Assembly: GCA_963789955.1 (NCBI GenBank)
Contig: CAWBMV010000006.1
Location: 320,001 to 384,000, forward strand
Direction of reading: 5' to 3'
Length of the DNA: 64,000 nucleotides
From: an uncultured Candidatus Rokubacteria bacterium
Lineage (GTDB): Bacteria; Methylomirabilota; Methylomirabilia; Rokubacteriales; CSP1-6
Position 1 is the first letter of the stretch. Each line of letters begins with the position of its first letter. Positions 52,634-62,899 of this stretch are shown here, in pieces. Position numbers and translations under genes: made by a program. Below the pieces are notes generated by a model. The model was not told where the DNA came from and ran no database searches. It was given only the letters and a program-made list of their open reading frames with translations.

Positions 52634-53499
52634 CGGACACCGACAGCGGCCTCGTCGAGCGGCCTCGCCTCTGGCCGGTCTTCCTGTCGTGCGCGGCCGC
52701 CTTCGTGGCCATCGTCGCGTTCTCGCTCCTGGCGGCGGCGACGGTGCGATCGCTCTATCCGGACCTGTCCGATCAAACCGTGTTCGAGGGCCTTCCGGGA
52801 CTCCTCGCGGGCACCGTCGCGTCGTCCGCGGCATTCGTCCTGACGGCGCTGATCGCGAGCGGCGGCGCCGCACCGGCGGCGCTCCGCCTGCTGCCCGGGC
52901 GCGAGACGGGCCGCACACTCCTGCTGACCGTCATCGGGATGCTGTCGCTCGGGCAAGCGCTCGATTCGCTGACGGTGCTGGCCGGATTGGCGCAGCACGG
53001 CAACATGAAGATAATTCGCGGCGCGCTGTACCAGGTCGCCGGCCCCGATCTCGTTCTCGCCGTGCTGATCGTCGGCGTGCTCGCGGGCACCGCCGAGGAG
53101 ATCTTCTTCCGAGGCTACGTCCAGACCAGGCTCGTCCAGCGTTTGCCGCGCGGCGCGGCCGTGATCGTGACCAGCGTCTGCTTCGGCGCGTTTCATCTGG
53201 ACTGGCTCCACAGCCTGCTGGCGCTCGTTCTGGGCCTGTACCTCGGCTGGATCACCGAGCTGACGGGAAGCGCGCTGCCCGCGGTGGTCTGTCACGTCGT
53301 CAACAACGCCCTGTTCACGCTCGTCACCGCGCGGTGGGGCGGGATCGACGGCGTCCAGATCAACGTGGCGCTGGCCGCGGCGGGTGCTCTCGTGTTCGCG
53401 GGTGTCGTGGCCGGCTTGCGGCACGCTCCGTCCGCGCCGGTCGAAGGCGCGTGGTTCACGTCCGTCGCGCTGCGCGTCTGGAAGCGTCTGCGCCGGTGA
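52630..53499 (+). CDS. CPBP-family (CAAX/Abi) intramembrane metalloprotease
   Basis: AEEIFFRG, FGAFH, HVVNN motifs; multiple TM segments. Confidence 0.85.
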   Translation: MTDTDSGLVERPRLWPVFLSCAAAFVAIVAFSLLAAATVRSLYPDLSDQTVFEGLPGLLAGTVASSAAFVLTALIASGGAAPAALRLLPGRETGRTLLLTVIGMLSLGQALDSLTVLAGLAQHGNMKIIRGALYQVAGPDLVLAVLIVGVLAGTAEEIFFRGYVQTRLVQRLPRGAAVIVTSVCFGAFHLDWLHSLLALVLGLYLGWITELTGSALPAVVCHVVNNALFTLVTARWGGIDGVQINVALAAAGALVFAGVVAGLRHAPSAPVEGAWFTSVALRVWKRLRR

Positions 53500-54293
53500 G
53501 CGGCGCCGTCCATCAGCTGGCCGAGCTGTTCGTCCGCGCGCGCCGGGCCGTCGCCTTCACGGGCGCGGGGGCCAGCACCGAGTCCGGCATCCCGGATTTT
53601 CGGAGCCCGGGAGGCCTCTGGGACCGATTCGATCCGAGCGAGTTCACGTACCGGAACTTCATCGGCAGCGCGGGCGGTCGGCGAAAATACTGGGAGCTCG
53701 GCCGCGTGACGTATCCCGTGATCCGCGCGGCGCGGCCGAACGCCGCGCACGTGGCACTCGTCGAGCTCCATCGGCTCGAGCGCCTCGACTGCTGTATCAC
53801 GCAGAACATCGACGACCTTCACCAGCGCGCCGGCCTGCCGGCGGACCGCGTGATCGAGCTGCACGGCAACGCGACGCGCACGCGCTGTCTCGCGTGCGGA
53901 ATCCCCTACACGCGCGACGAGGTGCACGCGTGGATCGAGGCGAATGGCGAGCTTCCGGCGTGCCCGACGTGTGGCGGCATCGTGAAGCCGACCACCGTGC
54001 TCTTCGGCGAGGCGATGCCCGCGCTCGAGATGCAAGAGGCCGAGCGCCGGTCGCGCGCGGCCGATCTGTTCGTCGTCCTCGGATCCTCGCTGGTCGTCTA
54101 TCCCGCGGCGTACATGCCGGCGCACGCCAAGCACGGCGGGGCGACCCTGGCGATCGTGAACCTCGAGCCGACTCCGCTCGACGCGCAAGCCGACCTCGTG
54201 ATCCGCGACAAGGCGGGCGAGGTGATGGCACAGGTCGTCGAGGAGGTCCGTGCGCGGCTATTCAGGGCTCCGGAGCGCCAGCCAGTCCCGTGA
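53496..54293 (+). CDS. cobB: NAD-dependent deacylase (Sir2/CobB family)
   Basis: TGAGASTESGIPDFR, TQNIDDLH, ELHGN, CxxC..CxxC, VLFGE, GSSLVVYPAA. Confidence 0.9.
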   Translation: MSGAVHQLAELFVRARRAVAFTGAGASTESGIPDFRSPGGLWDRFDPSEFTYRNFIGSAGGRRKYWELGRVTYPVIRAARPNAAHVALVELHRLERLDCCITQNIDDLHQRAGLPADRVIELHGNATRTRCLACGIPYTRDEVHAWIEANGELPACPTCGGIVKPTTVLFGEAMPALEMQEAERRSRAADLFVVLGSSLVVYPAAYMPAHAKHGGATLAIVNLEPTPLDAQADLVIRDKAGEVMAQVVEEVRARLFRAPERQPVP

Positions 54294-54865
54294 CGCTCGA
54301 CGAGCTGGTCGCGCTCACACGGCAGCGGCTGGCGGCGCACGAGCGCCGTGTCGTTCCGCCCGGGCCGCTCGTGCGGGCGGCCGTCCTGATTCCCATCGTC
54401 GACCGCGGCGAGCCCCATCTCGTATTCGCGAAGCGGACCGACACGGTCGGGACCCACCGAGGCCAGATCGGCTTCCCCGGCGGCACGGTCGATCCCGGCG
54501 ATGCGTCGCTGCTCGAGGCCGCCCTGCGCGAGTGTGAGGAAGAGGTGGGGCTCCCGCGGGCGGCGGTCGAGCCGCTCGGCGCGCTCGACGACACCGAGAC
54601 CTTCGCGACGAACTTCGTGATCACGCCCTGGATCGGCGCGATTCGCCGGCCGGTCACCTGGCGGCCGGACGGTGAGGAGATCGAGCGCGTGATCGAGGTG
54701 CCATTCGCGGCGCTCGCCGCGCCGGGCGGACTGAGGGTCGAGCAGTGGGAGCGTGACGGCGTGCGGCGGCCCGTCTACTTTTTCGACTACAACGGCGACA
54801 CGATCTGGGGCGCCACCGCGCGGATCGTCAAGCACTACCTCGATCTCGTCGCGGACATCCGGTAA
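54290..54865 (+). CDS. Nudix hydrolase, CoA pyrophosphatase type
   Basis: AAVLIP, HRGQIGFPGG, AALRECEEEVG, IWGATA. Confidence 0.9.
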   Translation: MTLDELVALTRQRLAAHERRVVPPGPLVRAAVLIPIVDRGEPHLVFAKRTDTVGTHRGQIGFPGGTVDPGDASLLEAALRECEEEVGLPRAAVEPLGALDDTETFATNFVITPWIGAIRRPVTWRPDGEEIERVIEVPFAALAAPGGLRVEQWERDGVRRPVYFFDYNGDTIWGATARIVKHYLDLVADIR

Positions 54866-54907
54866 CTCGGCGCCGGACGCGTGTTGCAGAGCCGGCAGCG
54901 GTGCGGC

Positions 54908-57052
54908 TCAGCTCAAGGGCAGGCGAATACGGACGGTAGTGCCGGCACCGGGCTTACTCTCGATGTCGATGGTGCCGCCGTGGCTGCGGACGATGCCGAG
55001 GCTCACCGAGAGTCCCAAACCGGTGCCGCGCCCTTCGGCCTTGGTGGTGTAGAAGGGCTCGAAGATCCGCTCGATCTGCTCGGGTGAGATCCCATGGCCC
55101 GTATCGGTGAAGCTCACGCCCACCATCGGTCGGCCGTCATCACACTGCTGGAGCCCGGTCTCGACGATGAGGGAGCCGCCGCCATCCATCGCGTCGACGG
55201 CGTTCGTGACCATGTTGACGAAGACCTGGGTCAGCTGATCGCGGTCGCCCAGAATCGGAGGCAGCCCGACGTTGAAGACACGCTCGATCTCGACTCCCGC
55301 GGTCTTCAGCTTCGGCCGAATCAGGTCGATCGACCGCTCGAGCACCTCGTGCAGGGATACCGGCGCTCGAGTCGGCTCGCGCCGCCGGGAGAAGTCGAGC
55401 AAGTCGCGGACGATCTTCCCGGCTCGGTGCGCCTCGGTCTCGATGCTCGACGCTTTCCGATGCTCGACCGACTCGGGCGGGAGCTGGTAGAGCAGGAGCT
55501 GGCTGTTGCCGAGGATCACTGTGAGCGGGTTGTTGATCTCGTGGGCGACGCTCGCCGCCAGCTCGCCGATCGCGGCGAGCTTCGCCGACTGCACAAGGCT
55601 CTGCTGCGTGCGTCTGAGCTCTTCCATCCGCGTGCGCTGGTCCTCGTAGAGACCGGCGTTTCGAAGCGCGATCACGGTCTGGGCCGCCAGCATTTCGAGC
55701 AGCCGGATCTCGTCGCTGTCGAAGATCTCTCCCGAGAGCTTTTCGCCGACCACGAGCGCGCCGGCCACCTCACCGTCGGCCAGCAACGGCACGACGACGG
55801 CCAGGCGCTGGCGCTCAAGCTGCGCGACCGCGGCTCGTACCCGCCCGTCGGCCGCGCCCTGGAACGCCGTCTCTTCGACGATGAGCGTTCGGCTCGCCAT
55901 CTTGAGCCAGAGGAGGAGCGCCGAGCCGATCACGGGGCTCGTCGGGGCGGAGTCCGCCGCGTCCGACGTCGCGTGCGCTCGGCCCACCAGCTGATCGGCG
56001 GCCGGATCGTAGAGATGAAGCCCCGCGTAGATGACCGGGATCCGGGAGACGAGCCCCTCGGTGAGCTTGCGGCCGAGCGTGTCGACCTCGACCAGAGCGC
56101 TCAGCTCTCCAGTGAGATCGACGAGCGCGTCGCGCACGGCGTGCCGGCGCCGAAACATCAGATACTCGAGACCGCTCTCCAGCTTCCGGAGGAGCGGAAG
56201 CGCGATCGCAAACACGAGCAGCAGCAGCAGCGCGTCCCGGAAGAGGCGCTCCACGTCGCTCGGCGCATCGCGCTCGGTGCGAGCGCGGAACGCCTGGTCG
56301 ATCGCCCAGAGTCCGATGAACAGTATCGGCGCCAGCGCGCCGGACGTGAGCACGTAGAGGACGAGACGCTTGGCCAGTACGCCGATGTCCATCAGACGGT
56401 ATCGAACGATGGCGACCCCGAGGGCCAGCGCGAAGATCGCGTTGCTCGGGATGCCCACGGGATAGAGCCAGTCCCAGTGCAGCATGAAGCGGGCGATGTC
56501 GACGACGCCGCCGGCGAGGCTCACGCCGACACCGAGGATCACCAGCAGCGTCCGATTGCGCTTGAAGCTCGAGGGCTGAGAGCCGTAGGCCCGGACGAGC
56601 ATGACGAGACCGAACACGAGATAACTCTGGAAGTAGACGAAGAACGGCGCGTAGAGCGGGCCCGCCACCGGCATGAAGCCCCACTCCGAGTCGCTGACGC
56701 CGGCGAGAAAGGCGTGTGTCGGTCCGGCCGCCAGGAAGAAGCCGCAGAGCGCGTAGCCGATGATCAAGACCGGTCGGCGCCGCGGCACGTCGAGAAACGC
56801 CAGGACGTAGTGATAGAACAGCGGGGCGATCGGGATCACTCCGACGTGCAGCAGGCGCTCCCACAAGAGCGCGGTCTCCTGGCTCGATGCCGAGCGCAGG
56901 CCGAAGACGCCGAGGTTCCAGACGGCGAGTGCCGTGGCCAGATAGGCGAAGAGGAGATTGCGCTGGCTCTTACGCTCCGGGGCCAGCGCGCTCCCGAGGA
57001 GCAGCAGGTTGAGGCCCAGCGCGAGGAGAGGCAGGAGCTTATGAGCGAGCAT
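54908..57052 (-). CDS. Sensor histidine kinase, N-terminal 7TM (HisKA_7TM-like), GAF-like, HisKA, HATPase
   Basis: Multi-TM N-terminus ending AIVRYRLMDI; GEKLSGEIFD; AHEINNPL; NMVTNAVDA; DTGHGI; FYTTK; GTGLGL. Confidence 0.9.
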   Translation of the reverse strand: MLAHKLLPLLALGLNLLLLGSALAPERKSQRNLLFAYLATALAVWNLGVFGLRSASSQETALLWERLLHVGVIPIAPLFYHYVLAFLDVPRRRPVLIIGYALCGFFLAAGPTHAFLAGVSDSEWGFMPVAGPLYAPFFVYFQSYLVFGLVMLVRAYGSQPSSFKRNRTLLVILGVGVSLAGGVVDIARFMLHWDWLYPVGIPSNAIFALALGVAIVRYRLMDIGVLAKRLVLYVLTSGALAPILFIGLWAIDQAFRARTERDAPSDVERLFRDALLLLLVFAIALPLLRKLESGLEYLMFRRRHAVRDALVDLTGELSALVEVDTLGRKLTEGLVSRIPVIYAGLHLYDPAADQLVGRAHATSDAADSAPTSPVIGSALLLWLKMASRTLIVEETAFQGAADGRVRAAVAQLERQRLAVVVPLLADGEVAGALVVGEKLSGEIFDSDEIRLLEMLAAQTVIALRNAGLYEDQRTRMEELRRTQQSLVQSAKLAAIGELAASVAHEINNPLTVILGNSQLLLYQLPPESVEHRKASSIETEAHRAGKIVRDLLDFSRRREPTRAPVSLHEVLERSIDLIRPKLKTAGVEIERVFNVGLPPILGDRDQLTQVFVNMVTNAVDAMDGGGSLIVETGLQQCDDGRPMVGVSFTDTGHGISPEQIERIFEPFYTTKAEGRGTGLGLSVSLGIVRSHGGTIDIESKPGAGTTVRIRLPLS

Positions 57053-57989
57053 CCGTTTCCCACGACGTGAAGGACCCGTAATCGTCCCGGCGCCGCTGCT
57101 CTCGCATCTCGGACTCGAGAATCGAGAAGACCAGGATGTCCCAGCGCTGACCGCCGTACGTCTTCGCCTCGCGCAGGATGCCCTCCTGCTGGAAGCCGTT
57201 GCGCTGGAGCGCGTTGATGCTGATCACGTTGTAGGCGAAGACTTTCGCCTCGACCCGCCGGATCTCGAGCGCGTCCATCGCCCACGAGAGCGCCAGGCGC
57301 GAGGCCTCGATCCCCCAGCCCGCGCGCAGCGAGCGCGGGTTCACGATCGCCGTCTCCAGAAACGCGAACCGCTCGACCAGGTGGACGTCGAAGAGCCTGA
57401 CGAACCCGACCGGCTTCGCGTCCGATCCCGACGGCACCACGACGAGCGTGAGCGCGGAGGGGTCGTTCAAGACACGCGCGACGAAGTCCGGATGATAGGG
57501 GCCGACCTGCCGGCAGAGATAGAGCAGGTGGCTACCGACCATCTGATCGAGGAGCGAATCGTTCGCCCACTCGCCGAACGTCTCGAGCTCGTCCCACGTC
57601 GGCGGTCGCAGAGCCAGTCGCGCGGTGCTCGCCAGGAACTGCGGAGCCGGAGGGACGCCTTCGTACGGCACGTGCGGCGTCGCAGTCGCGGGCCCAGCGC
57701 CGATTCCCTCGAGAGGCAGCTCGTCGAGCAGGCAGGCCGAAAGAAGCGCGCGGTAGATCGCCGGGCTCGGCAGAATCGATACCTTGATTCCCAGCGCCTC
57801 GGCGCGCCGCGCCGTCTGCAGGAGCACGGCCAGGCCGGCAACGTCCGTCGCCTTCACGTCTTCGAGATTCAGCCAGAGACGCGAAGGCCGGAGCGCCAGG
57901 CCGGCCCGTACCCTCTGGCAAAAGGCCGGGAGGCCGAGGCTCGTTAACCCCTCGTGTACGACGATCTCGATTTCCGATGCGCCTGGCAT
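57039..57989 (-). CDS. STAS-like domain + RimJ/RimL-type GNAT acetyltransferase fusion
   Basis: LWLNLEDVKATDVAGLAVLL (STAS-like); RLALRP, VGFVRL, RAGWGIEA, NVISINALQRNGFQQEGILR (GNAT). Confidence 0.8.
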   Translation of the reverse strand: MPGASEIEIVVHEGLTSLGLPAFCQRVRAGLALRPSRLWLNLEDVKATDVAGLAVLLQTARRAEALGIKVSILPSPAIYRALLSACLLDELPLEGIGAGPATATPHVPYEGVPPAPQFLASTARLALRPPTWDELETFGEWANDSLLDQMVGSHLLYLCRQVGPYHPDFVARVLNDPSALTLVVVPSGSDAKPVGFVRLFDVHLVERFAFLETAIVNPRSLRAGWGIEASRLALSWAMDALEIRRVEAKVFAYNVISINALQRNGFQQEGILREAKTYGGQRWDILVFSILESEMREQRRRDDYGSFTSWETDARS

Positions 57990-58135
57990 TGGTCGCCCCA
58001 GGGTTGAACTGCAAGAGGAGCACCAATCCGGAATCGGGCCTAAGTCGTGATCGTTACGTGCCTTGGCCGGTCACAGCGCCCCGGTGTCGAACTGGACTGG
58101 CTCCGGCCTGACCAGGCCGTGTGAGAATTCTGGAC

Positions 58136-58334
58136 ATGATCGAGCGGAGCGGGCTGTGCGCGGGCTGCGCCCACGTGCGAGTGGTCACCTCGGCGAGGGG
58201 CGCCTCGTTCGTGTTCTGCGGGTTGAGCCGTACTCGACGAGCGCTTTCCGAAGTACCCGCGTTTACCGGTCGTGACCTGCGTCGGCTTCGAGGCAGCGGA
58301 GCGGCCGGGAGAGGCTCAGGGCCACCAGAGGTAG
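58136..58334 (+). CDS. Small Cys-rich hypothetical protein; indel near 58235
   Basis: MIERSGLCAGCAHVRVVTSARGASFVFCGLS / DERFPKYPRLPVVTCVGF. Confidence 0.65.
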
Positions 58335-59278
58335 AAGAAGCCCGGCCCGGAGCCCATGACCGACGCGAGCCGGGAGACGGTCGCGTCGAGGCTCCCGGAG
58401 GGTCCTTCGGATCGCGCGTAGTAGGTCGCGCGATACTCCGACGGGCGCTGATAGACGACGACCTTGACCTGGTCGACGCCGATCGCCTTGCGCGCGAGCT
58501 CGAGCGCGTCGTCCATGTAGCCGATCCGGTCGATCAGCTTGAGATCGAGCGCCTGCTGCGCGGTGTAGACGCGGCCGTCGGCGATGCGCTTCGCGGTGTC
58601 CATCGGGATCTTGCGCGACTCGACGAGCCGCGCGAGGAACTGGCTCTGCAGCCCGTCGATCACGGATTGGAAGATCTGATGCTCCTCCGGCGTCATGGCC
58701 CGGAACGGGCTGCCCATGTCCTTGCGCTCGCCCGACTTGATCGCCGCGGCCGAGACGCCGAGCTTCTGCAAGAGTCCTTCGGCGTTCACCGTCAGCATGA
58801 TGACGCCGATCGAGCCGGTGACCGTCGTGGGATGGGCGACGATCGTGTCGGCGCCGAGCGCCACGTAGTAGCCGCCCGAGGCGGCGACGTCCATCATGAC
58901 GGCCACGACGGGAACCTTGGCGGCGCGCTTGAACATCTGGAGCTCTTTGAACATGATGTCGGACGCCGTCACCGTGCCGCCCGGGCTGTTGATGCGGACG
59001 ATGACCGCCTTGACGTCCGAGTCCTCGGCGGCCTTCTTCAGCTCCTCGCGAAAGCGCACGAGCAGACCGACGCGCGGCGTCGGCGCGCCGATGACCAGCG
59101 TCTGCGACTGACCTTCCTCGGAGAGAAATCCCGAGATGTCCGTCAAGAGAACTTTCGTTCGGCCGCTGCCTTCGACGGTCCGCTCCTCGAGGGGCTTGAT
59201 GCGCGGCGTGAGATCGACCGAGATCAGCGAGCAGCCGGTCGCGAGCAGGAGCGAGACGAGTACGGTCACCGTGCGCAT
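58316..59278 (-). CDS. sppA: Signal peptide peptidase SppA (S49), lipoprotein form
   Basis: LATG-C lipobox; RINSPGG, AASGGYY, TGSIGV, KSGERKD, DGRVYT. Confidence 0.92.
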   Translation of the reverse strand: MRTVTVLVSLLLATGCSLISVDLTPRIKPLEERTVEGSGRTKVLLTDISGFLSEEGQSQTLVIGAPTPRVGLLVRFREELKKAAEDSDVKAVIVRINSPGGTVTASDIMFKELQMFKRAAKVPVVAVMMDVAASGGYYVALGADTIVAHPTTVTGSIGVIMLTVNAEGLLQKLGVSAAAIKSGERKDMGSPFRAMTPEEHQIFQSVIDGLQSQFLARLVESRKIPMDTAKRIADGRVYTAQQALDLKLIDRIGYMDDALELARKAIGVDQVKVVVYQRPSEYRATYYARSEGPSGSLDATVSRLASVMGSGPGFFYLWWP

Positions 59279-59338
59279 GGCGCGAGTATACCGCGAGGGT
59301 TGATCCAGGCTCGCCGGCTCTGTGATAATCGTCACGCC

Positions 59339-60309
59339 ATGGCCGCCGACACTCTTCTGACGATCGACGACGTGCGCGCCGCCGCGCAGCGGCTCGCCGG
59401 CCGTGTCGACCGCACGCCGGTGCTCACCTCGGCGGCATTCGACGACGCGAGCGGCTGTCGCGTCTTCTTCAAGTGCGAGAACCTCCAGCGCGCCGGCTCG
59501 TTCAAGATCCGGGGCGCCTTGAACAAGCTGCTGACGCCTCACCGCCGCCTGAGCGCGCGCGCGGCGTCGTCGCGTACTCGTCCGGCAATCACGCGCAGGG
59601 TGTGGCGCTCGCGGCGCGGGTGGTCGGGACGACCGCCATCATCTGCATGCCGACGGACGCGCCGGCCCTGAAGGTGGACGCGACCCGCGGTTACGGGGCC
59701 GAGATCGTCTTCTACGACCGCCTGAAGGACGACCGCGCCGCCGTGGCGCGACGCCTCGTCGACGAAACGGGACGTGTGCTGGTGCCTCCGTACGACGATC
59801 CGGCGATCATGGCCGGGCAGGGAACCGCGGCGCTCGAGCTCTTTCAGGACGTTCCGGCGCTGGACGCGATCGTCACCCCGGTCGGCGGCGGTGGCCTCAT
59901 GGCCGGGTGCAGCACGGTGGCGCGAAGCCTGTCGCCGGGGATCACCGTCGTCGGGGTCGAGGCCGAGACGGCGAACGACACGTACCTCTCGCTGAAGAAG
60001 GGCGAGCGAGTCACGATTCCCCCGCCGCCGACGATCGCCGACGGGATTCGGCCGCAGAGCCCGGGCGAGCTCACGTTCCCGATCCTCCGTGAGAACCTGA
60101 GCGAGGTGGCGCTGGTCAGCGACGACGAGATCATCGCGGCGGTTCGGTTCCTGGCGCTCCGCGTCCGCGTGATCGCCGAGCCGACGGGCGCGGTGGGCGC
60201 CGCCGCAGTGCTGAGCGGGAAGCTCGCCCGCGGCGCGCGAGTCGGGGTGGTGCTGTCCGGCGGCAACGTCGATCCCGGACTGCTGATCCAGATTCTGCAG
60301 AGCCGCTGA
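59339..60309 (+). CDS. PLP-dependent threonine/serine dehydratase (serine racemase-like), short form; indel near 59545
   Basis: FKCENLQRAGSFKIRGA, SSGNHAQG, GQGT, PVGGGGL, TIADG, EPTGA, SGGN. Confidence 0.9.
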
Positions 60310-60317
60310 GCCGACGC

Positions 60318-61259
60318 TCAGCGCGTGTGAAAGGCCGGAATCACCTCGGCGGCGAGCCGTTCGAGCTGCTCGAGCATCCGTTCGGGCGGACACATCGGTC
60401 GCAGAATGAACTTCGACCCGCCGCCCATCACGTACTGCTCCAGCCGTTCGCTGACGAGCTCGGCCGGCCCGAATGCCGTGCAGGCGTCGAGCGTCGGCGC
60501 GTCGACGCGCCCGCGCGGAATGAAGGGAAGCGCCATCGAGCGCGCAATCGCAGGGTTGGCGTCCAGACAGAACTGTACGAGCGTGCCGAAGTGATCGCCC
60601 GGCACCTCGCGCCCGGCCTCGGCGGCGAAGCCGAGCGTCTTGTCGACGCCGACGCGGAACTGATCGGGCGTGATGAACGACGGGATCCAGCCGTCGCCCA
60701 TCCGTCCGGTCCGGCGCATCGCGGCCTCGCTGTTGCCGCCGACCCACAGCGGCATGGGCTGCTGGATCGGACGCGGGAGTACCGTGATGCGATCGAGCCG
60801 CCAGAACTCGCCCGCGAACGTGACCTCGGACTCCTCCCAGCAACGCCGCATGACCTGGATCGCCTCGTCGGTCCGGCGCCCGCGCTCGCGGAACGGGACG
60901 CCCGCCGCCAGGAATTCGCGCTCCTGCTCCACGCCGATGCCGACGGCCGGCAGGACTCGACCACCCGAGAGATAGTCGAGCATCGCGATCTGGCGCGCCG
61001 CGAGCACGGGTGACCTGAACGGCGCGATCAGCACGCTCGGTCCGAACTTCAGCCGGCGGGTACGGGCGGCCACCGCGGCCATCGCCGTCATCGGCTCCAG
61101 GACCGGGAGCGGCGACGACAGGCGGTCCGAGAACCAGATCGAATCGATCTCGGTCCGCTCGCAGACATCGATCAGCCGCCAGAAGAAGTCCAGTCCTTCT
61201 CGGGGCGCGCCGACCGGCCACGGCCCGGGCATGATGCCGATCCGGTACTTGATCTGCAT
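60318..61259 (-). CDS. LLM-class flavin-dependent oxidoreductase
   Basis: DSIWFSD, AARTRRL, LDYLSGGR, LWVGGNSEAAMRR, GDGW. Confidence 0.9.
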   Translation of the reverse strand: MQIKYRIGIMPGPWPVGAPREGLDFFWRLIDVCERTEIDSIWFSDRLSSPLPVLEPMTAMAAVAARTRRLKFGPSVLIAPFRSPVLAARQIAMLDYLSGGRVLPAVGIGVEQEREFLAAGVPFRERGRRTDEAIQVMRRCWEESEVTFAGEFWRLDRITVLPRPIQQPMPLWVGGNSEAAMRRTGRMGDGWIPSFITPDQFRVGVDKTLGFAAEAGREVPGDHFGTLVQFCLDANPAIARSMALPFIPRGRVDAPTLDACTAFGPAELVSERLEQYVMGGGSKFILRPMCPPERMLEQLERLAAEVIPAFHTR

Positions 61260-61264
61260 AGGGC

Positions 61265-62899
61265 CTAGAACATCGAGAAGTCTTCGGCCTTCTCGGTGAG
61301 GAACTCGAGGAGCGCCGGCGTTCCCTCCTGCGTCTTCTTGATGGCGCGCCGGATGGCCGGCACGATCTCGCTCGGCTCGGACACACGCTCGCCGTGACCG
61401 CCGAACGCCCGCGCCATGGCCGCGTAGTCGCCGCTGATGTCGGTCGACCGATACTTGGCCGTGGCCGTCTTCATGATCTTCAGCTCGATCGCCATCGAGA
61501 AGTTGTTGAGCAGGATCGAGAGAATCGGGATCCGCTCGCGGACGGCCGTCTCGAAGTCCATCCCGGTGAAGCCGATCGCGGCGTCACCCCAGACGTTCAC
61601 GCAGAGCTTCTCGGGCGCGGCGAGCTTCGCGCCCATCGCGAGGCCCAGACCGTAGCCGAGTTGGGTCGTCTTGCCCCAGCCGATGTAGCTGAGCGGGGTG
61701 ATCGGCTCCCAGAACGGGGAGATCTGATCGCGCGGGCTGCCGGCGTCGTGCGTGATGATCGTGTTGGCGACGTCGACCGTGTGCATCAGGTCCCAGATCA
61801 CGCGGTACGGGGAGAGCGGCTTCGTGTCCTGCGTGAGCCGCGGGGTCCACTTGGCCAGCCACTCGCTCTTGAGATTCTTGATCTCCTGCGTGACGGCCGA
61901 GAGGCGGCCGCGCGGCCCGCCCTTGAGACGATCCTTCACTTCGACGAGCAGCGCCTGCAAGGTGAGGCCGGCGTCGCCGACCAGGGCGAGATCGGCCGGC
62001 ACGTCTTTGTTGATGTCGGTCGCGTCCAGGGTCGCGTGGGCGATCTTCTTGCCCTTCGGCATCGCGACGCCGTAGTTGGTCGTGGCGAAACTACAGCCGA
62101 TTCCGAAGATAAGGTCCGAGTTCGTCAGGAAGTGGTGGAGCTGCTGCGAGATGGAGCGGCCGCCCGAGCCGAGCGACAGCGGGTGGTTCTCGGGAAACGC
62201 GCTCTTGCCCTGGAGGCTCGTCGTCACCGGCGCTTCCAGGAGCTCGGCCAGGTCACGCAGCACCTGCCACGCGCGCGCATAGTGCACGCCCTGACCGGCG
62301 TAGATCACGGGCCGCTGGGCCGCCACGAGCGCCTCGGCCACGCGGGAGACGTCGCGCGGATCCGGGCCCGACTTGAGCCGCGGCGTCGGCGTGTAGTTGA
62401 TCGGCTCCGGGACGTCCTCTCGGAGCAGATCGACCGGGAACTCGATCAGCACCGGCCGCGGGCGACCGTTCTTCACCTGAGTGAACGCGCGGCGCATCGC
62501 GTCGACCACCGCGTCGGGGACGATGACCTGCTCGCACCACTTCGTGACGTGCTGGAAGTTCAGGAACGAGTTGAAGTTGGGCTCGATGTTCGTGATCCGC
62601 CGCGGGTAGCCCCCGGGGAGGACGATGATCGGTACCGAGTCGCCGTAGGCCTGAGCCACGCCGCCGAAGGCGTTCTCCGAGCCCGGGCCGTGCTGCATCG
62701 CGAACACGCCGATCCGCTCGCCCGAGGAGATGCGGCTGACGGCATCGGCCATGTGCAGACCGGTCCGCTCCTGGCGGACGATGATCGTGCGGATGTCGGC
62801 TTCCGCGGCGGCTTCGATGATCGGGTTGACCGGATAGCCGATGAGAAACTTCACGCCTTCACGCTTGAGGATTTCCGCGACGGCCGCTGCTGCCTTCAT
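61265..62899 (-). CDS. Thiamine-diphosphate-requiring enzyme (acetolactate synthase-like)
   Basis: RQERTGLHMAD, QHGPG, HDAGSPRDQ, GDAAIG...LLNN. Confidence 0.9.
   Translation of the reverse strand: MKAAAAVAEILKREGVKFLIGYPVNPIIEAAAEADIRTIIVRQERTGLHMADAVSRISSGERIGVFAMQHGPGSENAFGGVAQAYGDSVPIIVLPGGYPRRITNIEPNFNSFLNFQHVTKWCEQVIVPDAVVDAMRRAFTQVKNGRPRPVLIEFPVDLLREDVPEPINYTPTPRLKSGPDPRDVSRVAEALVAAQRPVIYAGQGVHYARAWQVLRDLAELLEAPVTTSLQGKSAFPENHPLSLGSGGRSISQQLHHFLTNSDLIFGIGCSFATTNYGVAMPKGKKIAHATLDATDINKDVPADLALVGDAGLTLQALLVEVKDRLKGGPRGRLSAVTQEIKNLKSEWLAKWTPRLTQDTKPLSPYRVIWDLMHTVDVANTIITHDAGSPRDQISPFWEPITPLSYIGWGKTTQLGYGLGLAMGAKLAAPEKLCVNVWGDAAIGFTGMDFETAVRERIPILSILLNNFSMAIELKIMKTATAKYRSTDISGDYAAMARAFGGHGERVSEPSEIVPAIRRAIKKTQEGTPALLEFLTEKAEDFSMF

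Noticed and set aside
51334..53499. Apparent amidase-CAAX protease fusion (721-aa ORF)
   Set aside because: A TTGA overlap at 52630-52633 lies at the junction and the same gene has another indel, so this is probably an artefact.
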